A stretch of 64,000 bases of DNA from Methanobacteriota archaeon (GTDB lineage Archaea; Thermoplasmatota; E2; DHVEG-1): NCBI GenBank assembly GCA_963769885.1, contig CAVYNH010000005.1, positions 32,001-96,000 on the forward strand. The letters are read 5' to 3'. Shown here piece by piece: positions 1 through 10,524 of the stretch (position 1 is its first letter; the number at the start of each line of letters is the position of its first letter). A program made the translations under genes and the position numbers. The notes under the pieces were generated by a model. The model saw only the letters and a program-made list of their open reading frames with translations. It did not search any database and had not been told where the DNA came from.

Positions 1-125
1 CAACAGAAGGGGCTCAATCACCTCCCTTTTGAAGCAAACCAGGAAACCACACCTCAAAAAAAGCAAGGGTTGTCCAATACAATATTTATATTGGAAACAC
101 CGACGTAACCTATGAGGCTAGTGAC

Positions 126-887
126 GTGACCAAAGACGTCGTCATTGAAGCGAGAGGACTCACCAAGGTCTACCCCAGTGGCGACAAGGAATTCAAAGCC
201 CTCGACAACGTCACTTTCAAGATTTTCCGCGGTGAATTCATCATCGTCATGGGCCCCTCAGGATCCGGTAAAAGCACGCTCATGAACATCATCGGCTGCC
301 TCGACCGCCCCACCTCGGGAGAACTCTACATCGAAGGCCAAAGTATCACCGGCCTCTCTGACAGCCAGCTCGCCGAGATTCGCGGTGAAAAAAACGGCTT
401 CATCTTCCAATCCTTCAACCTCATCCCCCACCTCTCTGCCCTTCGCAACGTCGCCCTCCCCCTCGCATTTAAAGGAGTCGCACGCGTCGACCGCGATAAC
501 AAAGCCCGCGAGATGCTGAAGAAAATGGGCATCGACCAATGGGCACAGAAGCATCCCAACCAACTCTCCGGCGGTGAACAGCAGCGTGTCGCGATTGCCC
601 GCGCACTTGCCAACGACCCCGCCGTCATCATCGCCGACGAACCCACCGGCAACCTCGACAGCGCCATCGGCCAACAGGTCATGCACCTCCTTAAAGTCAT
701 CAGCAAGGAAGGCAGGACCATCCTCCTCGTCACTCATGACGCGAACCTCGTCAGCTACGGCACCCGCCTTGTCGGCATGAAAGATGGTAAGATCGTTAGC
801 GGCAGAGAACTCCGCACCCAGTTCACCAGCCGCAGAACCGCCCCTGACACCGCCGCCACCAGAAAGACTACCCGGAGGACCACATAA
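126..887 (+). CDS. ABC transporter ATP-binding protein (LolD/MacB-type)
   Basis: Walker [10 protein letters not shown], signature [15 protein letters not shown], Walker [13 protein letters not shown]-switch VTHD; TAATG overlap with the next gene. Confidence 0.95.
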   Translation: MTKDVVIEARGLTKVYPSGDKEFKALDNVTFKIFRGEFIIVMGPSGSGKSTLMNIIGCLDRPTSGELYIEGQSITGLSDSQLAEIRGEKNGFIFQSFNLIPHLSALRNVALPLAFKGVARVDRDNKAREMLKKMGIDQWAQKHPNQLSGGEQQRVAIARALANDPAVIIADEPTGNLDSAIGQQVMHLLKVISKEGRTILLVTHDANLVSYGTRLVGMKDGKIVSGRELRTQFTSRRTAPDTAATRKTTRRTT

Positions 888-2200
888 TGAAGGACATCTT
901 CCGGATGAGCCTGCACACCCTGCGCTCCTACAAGCTCAGATCCTTCCTCACACTCCTCGGCGTCATCATCGGCATCGGCTCCGTTATCATCGTCACCAGC
1001 GCCGGACTCTCCGTCAGCGCCTACATCGAACAACAATGGGCCATCTTCGACCCCACCGGCATGATCATCGGCACCGGCATCTCCGGAAACCCACCCCAAC
1101 TCTCCTTCACCGGCCGCGCCTTCACCACCGATGACGTCGACAAGATCAGCGCCCTCCCCAGCGTTCGATCAGTGGCCCCCATCGGCATCTGGCCAATCGA
1201 CAGCCTCGTCCGACGCAACGGTTTATTGAACCGTTCAACCTCAGGGTCACTGACCGCGTACTGCAGCACCCCAGAGATCCTCGACGTCCTCGGCCTTCAA
1301 GTCGAACAGGGGACCATGTTCCAGGATGGAAAAAACGAGATCGTCATCAGCCACGAGATGACCCAGATCTTTGGCCTAGATAAACCACCGCTCAAAGTCG
1401 GCGACACCATTTACATCAAAAAGCTGAACCAGGTAACAACTATCAAGGCGACCATCGTCGGCATCCTTGAAAAGACGAAGAACTTCTCCATCATCAACCA
1501 ATTCCTCCATCCCACCATCATCTGCCCCATCGACCCCTACTACAAGAGCTTCTCCGCCTCGCAAGTCGGCCCCCTCCTCCACAGAGTCACTGTCTTCTCC
1601 CTCCTCTACGCCACCTCCACGGACCGGGAGCACGTCAACAGCGCAGAGACCGAAATCCTCCAATACCTCAACAGCAGCTCATCCGACGCGATAAAATACA
1701 AGGACCCCAACTCCGACTTCGTCGTCCTCACCCAGCAGTACATCATCTCCCGCATCGACCAACTCCTCAACATCGTCACCCTCTTCATCACCGCCATCGC
1801 GATGATCTCCTTAATCGTCGGCGGCATCGGCATCGCCAACATCATGTTCGCCACCGTCACCGAACGGACCAGGGAAATCGGCATCATGATGGCCGTCGGA
1901 GCAAAAAGAGGCGACATCATGAGACTGTTCCTGTACCAATCGACCGTCATCGGCACCATCGGCGCGATCCTTGGCGCGATCCTCGGCACCGTCGGCTCGA
2001 TCTTCGTCGTCCAAATCATCCAGATAAACCTCGGCACCCTCGGGGGTCTGTACGCCCTCGGAGCCATCCCAGTATTATTCGCGTACAACTGGGTCGTCCT
2101 CGCGACCTTCGTCGGCGTCCTCACCGGCATCCTCGCCGGCGTCCTCCCCGCCCTCAAGGCAGCACGCATGGACCCCGTCGTCGCCCTCCGCCACGAATAA
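887..2200 (+). CDS. ABC transporter permease (MacB/FtsX family)
   Basis: RSFLTLLGVIIGI first TM, large extracellular loop, GGIGIANIM..VTERTREIGI..A.GA motif, C-terminal PALKAARMDPVVALRHE. Confidence 0.95.
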   Translation: MKDIFRMSLHTLRSYKLRSFLTLLGVIIGIGSVIIVTSAGLSVSAYIEQQWAIFDPTGMIIGTGISGNPPQLSFTGRAFTTDDVDKISALPSVRSVAPIGIWPIDSLVRRNGLLNRSTSGSLTAYCSTPEILDVLGLQVEQGTMFQDGKNEIVISHEMTQIFGLDKPPLKVGDTIYIKKLNQVTTIKATIVGILEKTKNFSIINQFLHPTIICPIDPYYKSFSASQVGPLLHRVTVFSLLYATSTDREHVNSAETEILQYLNSSSSDAIKYKDPNSDFVVLTQQYIISRIDQLLNIVTLFITAIAMISLIVGGIGIANIMFATVTERTREIGIMMAVGAKRGDIMRLFLYQSTVIGTIGAILGAILGTVGSIFVVQIIQINLGTLGGLYALGAIPVLFAYNWVVLATFVGVLTGILAGVLPALKAARMDPVVALRHE

Positions 2201-2337
2201 AGAAAAATTTTAGGGGAGCACACCGCACTCAATATTCTCCCTCACGTACGGGTTAGGGCTCCACACCTTGACAATCATCGGTCTTCTCATACTCAATCGC
2301 ACGCTCCTCCCAGTAATCCAAAAGAAAACCCACGGGA

Positions 2338-2907
2338 TTAGGTTCTTTCCGATTCCCGCTCCTCAAGCAGACGGCCGAGGACCGCGAAATCCTGCTCCAT
2401 CGCCTCCCGTACCCGAGGGAACCGCATCCCCGCCGACGGATGGTACGTCACAAAAAACCGCACCCCACCCTTTTCAATCACCGTCCCATGGCGCTGCCGC
2501 AAATCCACTGGCCCGATAAGCGACCGCAGGCTCACCCCGCCTAGACACGCGATTACCCACGGCTTGACGAACGCTATCTGCCTCATCAGCCACAGATCCC
2601 GGCAGGTCTCCAGCTCACAAGGCCGAGGCAGCCGATTCCCCGGAGGGCGACACTTCACCATGGAGGTGATGAAAAACTCATTTCGCGTCCTGCCGATACC
2701 AGCTAATAAGACATCCAGGAATCTCCCGGAACAACCCACGAAGGGCAAGCCGACCTTGTCCTCCTCCCGGCCCGGTGCCTCACCAATGAACATGACCGGG
2801 GCAGAATCCGGGCCTACCCCCGGGACCGCATGATTACGACTCAGCCCAAGCGGACACGCAGTACACCGACGAATCCCCGCTTGAAGGTGCTCAAGGCCGG
2901 AAGTCAT
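2338..2907 (-). CDS. udg: Uracil-DNA glycosylase family 4 (Fe-S)
   Basis: CxxC-L, GEAPGREED, PFVG, VKCRPPGNR, TYHPS motifs; start chosen at ATG 2907. Confidence 0.92.
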   Translation of the reverse strand: MTSGLEHLQAGIRRCTACPLGLSRNHAVPGVGPDSAPVMFIGEAPGREEDKVGLPFVGCSGRFLDVLLAGIGRTRNEFFITSMVKCRPPGNRLPRPCELETCRDLWLMRQIAFVKPWVIACLGGVSLRSLIGPVDLRQRHGTVIEKGGVRFFVTYHPSAGMRFPRVREAMEQDFAVLGRLLEERESERT

Positions 2908-2979
2908 CCAAGAACCCAATCGTCATCACGGTTATGTAGATATCTACGACGCCAAGGACCCCCGCTGACCCACCCTTTT

Positions 2980-3717
2980 CTACCCGCGCCTGGGTCCCCC
3001 CACTCGCCGGTCCAATGCCTCCTTCAGCTCCAGGCAGTTCTCCGGGGCGTACGCGAACGCATCGTTATTGAAGTATCCATAAACGTCCTTCACCGGCAGC
3101 CGAGAAAGCAGATCAGCCCACTGCTCAATCTGCCTTCGACTGTACCTCGTCGCGTACAAGAGGGCATCGCCATGCCACCGCACATAGGCAAACGACGCCG
3201 TCGCCTTCACCACCACAGGAAGTGCGGGTGAGCTTACGATGCACAGGCCGATGTGATACCGCTCCAACAGCGCATACACCTCCTGGGTGAACCAACTCGG
3301 ATGACGAAACTCCACCACCTGAGGAATTTCAGGGTCAAGATCCGCTAAAAACGATTCCAGCAGCGGCAAATCCAACGAAAGCGAAGGCGGCAGCTGCCAT
3401 AAGACAATCCCCAGCTTCTCACCGACCAGACCCACCCGGGCATAGAACCGGGAAAGATACTCGGCAGTCCCCTTCAGTTTCTTCAAGTGCGTGACGACCC
3501 GGCTCCCCTTGAATGCAAAGACGAAGCCCTCCGGAGTCTTCTCCCGCCACCCCGTCACCATCGACTCTGAGGGAAGACGGTAGAACGAAGCATTGACCTC
3601 CACCGTGTTGAACCTCGTGCAATAAAACGACAGCCACTCCTGCCTCGGCAGACCCGAAGGATAGAACCGCCCAGCCCAATGAGCATAATACCACCCAGAG
3701 GTCCCAAGGTAGTTCAT
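2980..3717 (-). CDS. DUF72 (YecE-like) protein
   Basis: GTSGWYY.HW, FNTVEVNASFYR, QLPPS, VEFRHPSW, YVRWHG, YFNND motifs. Confidence 0.93.
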   Translation of the reverse strand: MNYLGTSGWYYAHWAGRFYPSGLPRQEWLSFYCTRFNTVEVNASFYRLPSESMVTGWREKTPEGFVFAFKGSRVVTHLKKLKGTAEYLSRFYARVGLVGEKLGIVLWQLPPSLSLDLPLLESFLADLDPEIPQVVEFRHPSWFTQEVYALLERYHIGLCIVSSPALPVVVKATASFAYVRWHGDALLYATRYSRRQIEQWADLLSRLPVKDVYGYFNNDAFAYAPENCLELKEALDRRVGGPRRG

Positions 3718-3835
3718 AGCTAGATAGGAATGCGCTCAGTGGTATTTGATGGTAGCATCCTCGAAAGGAGGCAAGAGTGACACGACCATTGGGATGCACT
3801 GCTGCTCCCTGCATCATTGAGGAAAGAAATTTACG

Positions 3836-5341
3836 CTATTCCTCGCTTACAAGGGTCGTAAGCGGGTTCGTGCCCTCCGCCATAAGTTTCAAATACGGCT
3901 TAAGTCTCCGATCCATGTAATGAATAACCAGGCTGATAGCCCACCGCTTCGAGAAGCCCATATTCATCGCCCGCAGGTTCTCGTCGGCGATTGACTGCAC
4001 CCATTTGAAATCGTGGCTAATGCAGGCCTCGAGCAGCTGCCAATGTAGCGGCGTCATATCCTTCAGGCTGAAAAACCCCTTACCTTGCAGGTTACCGAGC
4101 GGGACGAAAAACAAGGGAACAATCAGCGATTTGTACTTCCCAAGTTCATGGACCAAGTCAATCGTCTGCTGAACATCCTCGGGCTCCTCACCGGGAAGCC
4201 CCATAATCAAGGTCTCCGCCGGAATCCACTTGTTATCCGCCAGAATCTGGTGCGACTCCCGGACCACATCCGGCCAAGCCTCCGGGACAAACGGCTTGAC
4301 CTTGCCTTTCATCTGATTCTCAATGATCCGCGGGGAGCCGGTCTCCAAGCCCACCTGCCCGCTGATGAACGGACAGGACCGCGAGCCCACCTCCATTATC
4401 TCAGAGAGCTGCTGAATGAGCGATGGCTTCGCGACCACGGAGGCATGCGCGAAATGGCTGATCCCCACGACTGACGTCAGCTTCCGGCCTTCGGTGAAGA
4501 GCGCGGCCACCTCCGTCTCATTGGGCGTGAACCCCTTCGCCTTGTACCGCAGGACATCCTCCGAATGGAAGATGATTCCCGCCCCCGCCTCGACGTTCAC
4601 GCGCGCCTCCTGCATGATATAGTCAATCGGAAAACACCGGTAATTCGTCATCGTCGGAGTACAGAACCGACAGCCGCGACCGCAGCCCCGGGCGATCTCG
4701 ATAAGACCGTTCAGAGTCGGCCGGCGAATCAACGGAATATCCTTGAGCGGGACCACTTGGCCTTGAACGACCATCGGCAGTTTCTCCCCCGCAATAGCCT
4801 TCTTAATCAGTTCGACAGCGGTGATCTCCCCCTCCCCGATGACCACGCTGTCAACGCCCATCTTCGCCATAATCCGCTCATCGGTCAGCTGCCAGGCCCC
4901 AGAGCCACCGACAATCACCTTCACCCCGTAGATACGAATTTGGGGCGTGCGAATGAGCTTACGGAAATAAATTGAGGTGTACGTTTCTCTCCCACCCAGC
5001 TGGCCGAACGTCGTGGAGGCCGGACCGAGCCCGAGGGGATCATGGGTGGTGATACCGACGACCTTGGTGTCCTTGGTGATAGTCTTGCCGAGCATCTGCG
5101 AAGGGACGACGGCGACATCGTCCTCGGAAAAGCCGTTGGCAAGCAAGGCTGCTTCGATCTTCCGCTGACCGCAGTGCGCGTAACGCAGTCGGCCATCTTC
5201 AACTTTGGAGTCGGGAAGGAAGATTCGTTCATACAGCCACTTCGGGATGAAGCTTGGGGCGCATGCCGCAAACCCAAGGAATATATGCCGATTATATTCA
5301 GAAGTGAGTGTCCTGTCGGCCGTTAAGATGACTTTGACCAT
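3836..5341 (-). CDS. Archaeal B12-binding-type radical SAM protein resembling the Grs/Gms tetraether-lipid-modifying family
   Basis: CGRGCRFC radical SAM motif; N-terminal LTADRTL..Y..FLGF, G.RKIEA.L and HDPLGLGP segments recalled as typical of this family. Radical SAM call is firm, subfamily call is tentative. Confidence 0.7.
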   Translation of the reverse strand: MVKVILTADRTLTSEYNRHIFLGFAACAPSFIPKWLYERIFLPDSKVEDGRLRYAHCGQRKIEAALLANGFSEDDVAVVPSQMLGKTITKDTKVVGITTHDPLGLGPASTTFGQLGGRETYTSIYFRKLIRTPQIRIYGVKVIVGGSGAWQLTDERIMAKMGVDSVVIGEGEITAVELIKKAIAGEKLPMVVQGQVVPLKDIPLIRRPTLNGLIEIARGCGRGCRFCTPTMTNYRCFPIDYIMQEARVNVEAGAGIIFHSEDVLRYKAKGFTPNETEVAALFTEGRKLTSVVGISHFAHASVVAKPSLIQQLSEIMEVGSRSCPFISGQVGLETGSPRIIENQMKGKVKPFVPEAWPDVVRESHQILADNKWIPAETLIMGLPGEEPEDVQQTIDLVHELGKYKSLIVPLFFVPLGNLQGKGFFSLKDMTPLHWQLLEACISHDFKWVQSIADENLRAMNMGFSKRWAISLVIHYMDRRLKPYLKLMAEGTNPLTTLVSEE

Positions 5342-5477
5342 TCATTCGCCAGCTGAGTTTTTTCCACTTTTCCGCTAATATCGTTGGCCCTCGCGATTGC
5401 CAACCAGTTCATGACTTGATAATGATTATGGTCCAAAGCCATAATTATACTTCGTATAAAAATAATTTTCAATAGCT

Positions 5478-6470
5478 CTAACCGATATTAATTCCCTGAG
5501 ATTCCCAGGGGGAATCCTCAATTGCATCCAAGAGATGGAGGAATTGCGTATAATCCATCAAGTGGACATCCTTGTTGAAGGCCGCCCGGTTCTTGATTTG
5601 GGGAAAATAGTGGGAAAAGATGCTACGCATGCGGATCGCCGCCCCCCAGGGCGTGTACATGTCTGTGAGATAGTCAAAGTGCTGTCGGCAGATGGTTCGT
5701 CGTTCCTCGAAGCTCGGGGGATGGTACGCGGTGTGGTCGATGGTTGCTTGAATCTCAGGGATAAGCCAGGGGTTGCCGATGAGGAAGCGGCCGGGCATGA
5801 TGCCAGCGCATCCCGTCTTGTTGATGACAGCGCGGGCGATTTCTCCGGAGGAGACCCCGCCGTTTGCGATTACTGGGATGGAGAGCGCGGAGACGGCCTG
5901 CGCGATGCAAGGGTGGTTCACGCTTGGGGAGGTCTTGTGATCTCCGGTTCTGCCGTGGATAGTAATCGCTGTCGCGCCAGCCTCCTGCAGGCGCAGGCAG
6001 AGGGGGAGGTAGTTTTGCAGTGCGGGTGTTGGCCCGAGGCGGATCTTTGTAGTGACCGGGACATCCACCGCCTGGACGAGGGCTGAGACAAGGTTTGCGG
6101 CGTGCTGCTCGTTGAGCATGAGAGCGACGCCCTCGCCGCGCCGTGTGACCTTTGGGGCGGTGCAGCCCATGTTGATGTCGATGAACTCGAAGCCTTCGTT
6201 GACGAGGATCTTGGCGGCGGCAATCATTTCTTGGGGGTCTCGCCCGAGGAGTTGGGCGCCGTTGAGGTGGCCGCCGTCGGTCCGGCGCAGCATCTGCATC
6301 GTGCGTTTGTTGTGTCTGACGACGGCTGAGGTGTGGACCATTTCGGTGGTGATGAATCCGGGGTGGAAGGAGGAGAGGATGACGCGGTACGGGTAGTCGG
6401 TGTACCCCGTGAGGGGCGGTAGGATGCATCGGGTTTTCTGGAGGGTCTGCAGGAACCTGGCGTTGGTCAT
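5478..6470 (-). CDS. tRNA-dihydrouridine synthase (Dus family)
   Basis: P(L)TGYTD.PYR, IDINMGC, KIRLG, IHGRT, PVIANG, GR..IGNPW; likely start ATG 6470 (the track extension overlaps the upstream gene). Confidence 0.9.
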   Translation of the reverse strand: MTNARFLQTLQKTRCILPPLTGYTDYPYRVILSSFHPGFITTEMVHTSAVVRHNKRTMQMLRRTDGGHLNGAQLLGRDPQEMIAAAKILVNEGFEFIDINMGCTAPKVTRRGEGVALMLNEQHAANLVSALVQAVDVPVTTKIRLGPTPALQNYLPLCLRLQEAGATAITIHGRTGDHKTSPSVNHPCIAQAVSALSIPVIANGGVSSGEIARAVINKTGCAGIMPGRFLIGNPWLIPEIQATIDHTAYHPPSFEERRTICRQHFDYLTDMYTPWGAAIRMRSIFSHYFPQIKNRAAFNKDVHLMDYTQFLHLLDAIEDSPWESQGINIG

Positions 6471-6529
6471 TCTCGAGGGGCAGCATCGCGGCTCTATGAT
6501 AAAAGGTCTTCCGAACAATCCAAGGGGAG

Positions 6530-7741
6530 CTATTCGTAGCGGACCGCTTCGATGGGGCTCATCCGGGCGGCCTTCCATGCGGGGTACAAACTGGAGAGAA
6601 CACCAACAATAATAGAGACAGTGACCGCAAGAACCACCGACATCAATGTAATAATAGGAGTAAGGCTCGATGAGCTGCCCATGCTCATAAAACTATTAAG
6701 GATCATCGTGAGTCCCTGAGATCCGAACACCCCAAGGATAATGCCGATAATACCCCCAATGCTACTGACTAGCATTCCTTCGATAATAAAGATACTCATG
6801 ATATCTAGATTGGTCGCACCAATCGCCTTCATAATACCAATTTCTCTTGTCCGCTCCATCACTGAGGTTAACATCGTGTTCATAATTCCAATCGAAGCAA
6901 CGACTAGCGCGATGGAGGCAATAGCGACAAGCACCAACTGAAGGATTCCTATAATAGTTTGAACAGTCTTGAGAATAGAGGTCATCGTGGTTGCTGTCGC
7001 AAAGTCTTTCTGCCCATGGTTTCCATTGATGGTATTCTGAATGGAGGTAGCAATGGATTCTGCGTCATTGACGTTGTATACACGCAAATAAATTAAACTG
7101 ATGTTACTCTGACCAGTTAATTTCTGAAAATCTCGGGAACTCATCAACACCGATGTATCTGAGGACACACCGCCGAAACCCTGTTTCCCGAAGATACCAC
7201 TAACAAAAAATTTCTCACCGTTAATCTTAATCCTTCCACCAATAGAAATCGTAGCATCAAAGGTATCATGTGCGATCCCATAGCCAATCATAATTTCATT
7301 CTGTTCGCCTTCGGTGAGGAATCCCCCCGCCTCAAGATTCTGACTCGCATATTGAAGCCGCATGACACTGATATCCATACCAGTCAGAGACACAATCGTC
7401 GTCTGGCCGTTATATTCCGCGAGACCAGAACCAGATAGCTGTGTACTCACCTCTTTAACACCTTGGAGACGCTGAACATCCGCAATATCGCGCTGCGTAA
7501 AATATTCACCAGTTGAGCCTCCACCGCCAAAGGAGGAAAACATATTTCCTCCGGTAGACACAATGATGACATCTGATAACGACGAGAGCTCTCCGGTGAC
7601 CGCCTGCTGCATACCCTCTCCAAGGGCCATCAGAGAGATAATCGCCATGATACCAATCGCGATGCCAAGCAATGTCAGCAATGACCGCGACATGCGATTC
7701 CTGAGATTTTTCACAGCGATCTTCACATGATCCCTAAACAT
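6530..7741 (-). CDS. ABC transporter permease (MacB/FtsX family)
   Basis: RSLLTLLGIAIGI, IGIMNTM..SVMERTREIGIMKAIGA, PAWKAARMSPIEAVRYE; start ATG 7741. Confidence 0.95.
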   Translation of the reverse strand: MFRDHVKIAVKNLRNRMSRSLLTLLGIAIGIMAIISLMALGEGMQQAVTGELSSLSDVIIVSTGGNMFSSFGGGGSTGEYFTQRDIADVQRLQGVKEVSTQLSGSGLAEYNGQTTIVSLTGMDISVMRLQYASQNLEAGGFLTEGEQNEIMIGYGIAHDTFDATISIGGRIKINGEKFFVSGIFGKQGFGGVSSDTSVLMSSRDFQKLTGQSNISLIYLRVYNVNDAESIATSIQNTINGNHGQKDFATATTMTSILKTVQTIIGILQLVLVAIASIALVVASIGIMNTMLTSVMERTREIGIMKAIGATNLDIMSIFIIEGMLVSSIGGIIGIILGVFGSQGLTMILNSFMSMGSSSSLTPIITLMSVVLAVTVSIIVGVLSSLYPAWKAARMSPIEAVRYE

Positions 7742-8417
7742 GATCCTCCCGAACCTCTCCGTCCTGGATCCGAAGCACCCGTTTCGCACGCTGCGCTATC
7801 GCCATATTATGCGTCACCACGATGATGGTTTCTCCCTTCTTATTGACATCTTCTAAAATACGCATAATATTCTCCCCTGATTTAGAGTCGACATTGCCTG
7901 TGGGTTCATCCGCAAGAATTATCGAAGGATTATTCGCAAGGGCACGCGCAATGGCTACTCGCTGCTGTTCACCACCACTCATCTCTGATGGTTTATGGGT
8001 CAAGCGTTTCGAAAGCTCGACCATCTCTAAAAGCTGTTTTGCTTTTTTCGTCCGCGTTTGAGAATCGACACCAGCAAACCCCATGGAGAGCTCAACATTC
8101 TCCAATGCATTCAACGTAGGAATCAGATTATATTTCTGAAAAATAAAACCAATCTTCTCCCGTCGTATACGAGCAAGCTCTTTTTCATTTAACGTCGATA
8201 CATCATGCCCATCAATGAAAATCTTGCCAGTACTCGGTTTATCAAGACATCCCAGAAGATTCATTAGGGTTGATTTCCCTGATCCGGATGGACCGATAAC
8301 GGCGATGTAATCCCCCTGTTTAATCTCGAGATTGGTATCTCGCAGTGCGAAAACCTGCAACGGGGGCTTGCCATAGGTTTTTGAGATGTGCTGCGTGACA
8401 ATGACGTCCTTGTCCAT
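7734..8417 (-). CDS. ABC transporter ATP-binding protein (LolD/MacB-type)
   Basis: [33 protein letters not shown]; TAATG overlap with the upstream gene at 8417. Confidence 0.95.
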   Translation of the reverse strand: MDKDVIVTQHISKTYGKPPLQVFALRDTNLEIKQGDYIAVIGPSGSGKSTLMNLLGCLDKPSTGKIFIDGHDVSTLNEKELARIRREKIGFIFQKYNLIPTLNALENVELSMGFAGVDSQTRTKKAKQLLEMVELSKRLTHKPSEMSGGEQQRVAIARALANNPSIILADEPTGNVDSKSGENIMRILEDVNKKGETIIVVTHNMAIAQRAKRVLRIQDGEVREDHV

Positions 8418-9706
8418 TACGCCTTCCTTCGTTTTTTCCACCGCATATAGAGGACTACAAGCGCAGCGCTGACAACGATGATAAGAATCAATGACGTGAC
8501 ACAGACAGTTAACGAAGGTGTCTGAGGCATGCCACTTGACCCGGAGTTGCTGCTCGAGCTACCAGTGGTTTGATAAGTAGTTCCTGGCCCGGAGACCACG
8601 TTATATGTTTTACTGACCAGCGGGGTCTCGTAATAGTCATTTCCCTGTTTGAAGGAGACTTTAAATCCAATGATCTGCGTCCCGTATCCGACCGTGTCTG
8701 TATAGATGTCAAATGATGCTGAGAACACATCATCAGGATCCATTGAGCCGATAAAATATTGCGAGGGAATCACCGTCGCATTGCAGATAGGGGTTACGAG
8801 AACGCCTGTGATCTTCTCTGTTTTTGCGTTATACACCTCGATACTGATCTGGGAGGAGCCGCCTTTCGTGATACTACGGGGAAAATTGGTAATAATCGGT
8901 GCAACATCCAACGCCTCGATTACGGAAAGGGGAGCGGTTAATGCATTTGTATGTAGATTATCCCCATTCTTGTAGTTCACAGAGAAGGAAATATTACCCG
9001 CTCCTGTTTCAATAGGTTTTACCGAAAAAATCACGTCTTCTGATGTTTCTGCGGCAAGTGACCCGATGAAATAACTCTCCGGGACGAACTCGACACCGTC
9101 TCCGTGTGGGGTGATGACGACATCTTTTACCGCGTTTTCTCTTTTGTTGACTGCCGTAACGGTCAGCTCTGTTGTTCCTCCATTAGAGATTTTTGACGGG
9201 ACACTGGTTGGGAGGAGATCAACTGAAGCATTACTTACTTTGACTAAAAGAGGATAGATGACATCGGAACCACCACTGACATCGACATTGACAATGGGAA
9301 AATAGATTCCTTCACTCATGTTCGTATCGACAAGCAGTTTGAAGTTTACCTCGATGCTTGCTCCTGAGGCAAGATAACCGATATCTTCATAGTTGGCTGT
9401 CGCGCGAATTTGTTTTCCCCCAGATTGTGCAGGACTAATCCAGATATTATTAATATCGACTCCAAGGGTATGAGTAGTAGTTGTTGAATCTCCACCCACG
9501 ACGGATGTTGATGATTCTGACGCGATTTCCGCATTTTTCACCTCAAGGGTGAGCACTGCGGAATCACCAGGCATGAGGATTTCTGGGGATAACTGGTATT
9601 GTGTGATCATGACGGCTGGACTTGCATGTACAATGGGAATACACAGGGAGACGAATGCACTGAGAATCAGTGTCGATAGAATCGTTGTTGTCATTATTTT
9701 TTTCAT
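8417..9706 (-). CDS. COG1361-type S-layer-domain/Ig-repeat protein with C-terminal TM anchor
   Basis: Signal peptide, repeated P..YFIGS Ig-like units, Ser/Gly linker, TM helix and basic tail RWKKRRKA; usual partner of archaeal MacB-like ABC pairs. Confidence 0.8.
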   Translation of the reverse strand: MKKIMTTTILSTLILSAFVSLCIPIVHASPAVMITQYQLSPEILMPGDSAVLTLEVKNAEIASESSTSVVGGDSTTTTHTLGVDINNIWISPAQSGGKQIRATANYEDIGYLASGASIEVNFKLLVDTNMSEGIYFPIVNVDVSGGSDVIYPLLVKVSNASVDLLPTSVPSKISNGGTTELTVTAVNKRENAVKDVVITPHGDGVEFVPESYFIGSLAAETSEDVIFSVKPIETGAGNISFSVNYKNGDNLHTNALTAPLSVIEALDVAPIITNFPRSITKGGSSQISIEVYNAKTEKITGVLVTPICNATVIPSQYFIGSMDPDDVFSASFDIYTDTVGYGTQIIGFKVSFKQGNDYYETPLVSKTYNVVSGPGTTYQTTGSSSSNSGSSGMPQTPSLTVCVTSLILIIVVSAALVVLYMRWKKRRKA

Positions 9707-9708
9707 TT

Positions 9709-10191
9709 TTAGTTTACCTCCTTTTGTAAATCAGATGCGCAACGTTTAAGTATTTTTATTACTTCGCATTTTTTTTCTTTGGATGCCATGAACACGGTGT
9801 TTTGTATCCGCATCATAGTTGAGGCGGCTTCATTATCTTCTTCGATAACATCGGTCATTAAATTTCTAAACTTCATGAATTTTTTCATCATGTGTTCCCC
9901 CTGTTTTTTTACCTGGAGTATCATTTTTTTTCCTGTGGGTGTGATTTCAAATATATTTTTTGCTCGTTTGCCTTTGGTTTTTACTTTAATGAGTCCTCCT
10001 TTTTCTAATTGTTTTAAAAGAGGATAGATGGTTCCCTTGCTCGGCACCCAGGTTCCTTCGGTTTTTTCTTTGATTTCTGAAATGATTTCATAACCAGATT
10101 TCGGTTTCTTTTTTAGGGAGCAGAGAAGGTATATAGTGAGTATTCCTCTCTGTTGCCCATTATGAGTTTCAAAATTCATGATGTTGGACAC
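9709..10191 (-). CDS. PadR family transcriptional regulator
   Basis: SGYEII..IKE.T.G.W.PS.GTIYPLL..LE..GLI winged-HTH motif. Confidence 0.92.
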   Translation of the reverse strand: MSNIMNFETHNGQQRGILTIYLLCSLKKKPKSGYEIISEIKEKTEGTWVPSKGTIYPLLKQLEKGGLIKVKTKGKRAKNIFEITPTGKKMILQVKKQGEHMMKKFMKFRNLMTDVIEEDNEAASTMMRIQNTVFMASKEKKCEVIKILKRCASDLQKEVN

Positions 10192-10221
10192 GAGGCTGGG
10201 TAAATAAAGATCAATTTATAA

Positions 10222-10256
10222 ATATTTCGGTAATGAACGGTTCGTTACCGATATAT
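10222..10256. promoter_or_regulatory. Long imperfect palindrome upstream of padR, candidate operator
   Basis: atatttcggtaatgaac-g-gttcgttaccgatatat (17-bp arms, 2 mismatches) next to TATA-like tttataaa at 10215-10222. Confidence 0.6.
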
Positions 10257-10524
10257 TTTTCAATCCGCACGATTTGTGAGATCTCCTGCGTCATCAGACA
10301 CTCGATATCGCCGTTTTTCTCGAGCTGGAGAGCTAGATAAGCTACACGACGCTTGACCACTTCAGATCTGAATTTGTAGACCTTGAGGAGGGAGGATGAT
10401 GATAGCAAGAGGTTTTTGGTTGGTGAGTCTCATTTGTGAACCTCATGGGGTCAGGCGTGGTAACACGCATGGCCGATAAAAGGGTTTGGGATGGTTCAGG
10501 GGTGGTCTTTGGTAAGGGGGTGGG

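Noticed and set aside
10211-10408. 65-aa minus-strand ORF at the edge of the low-GC cassette
   Set aside because: TTG start, overlaps the padR promoter palindrome, no recognisable motif.
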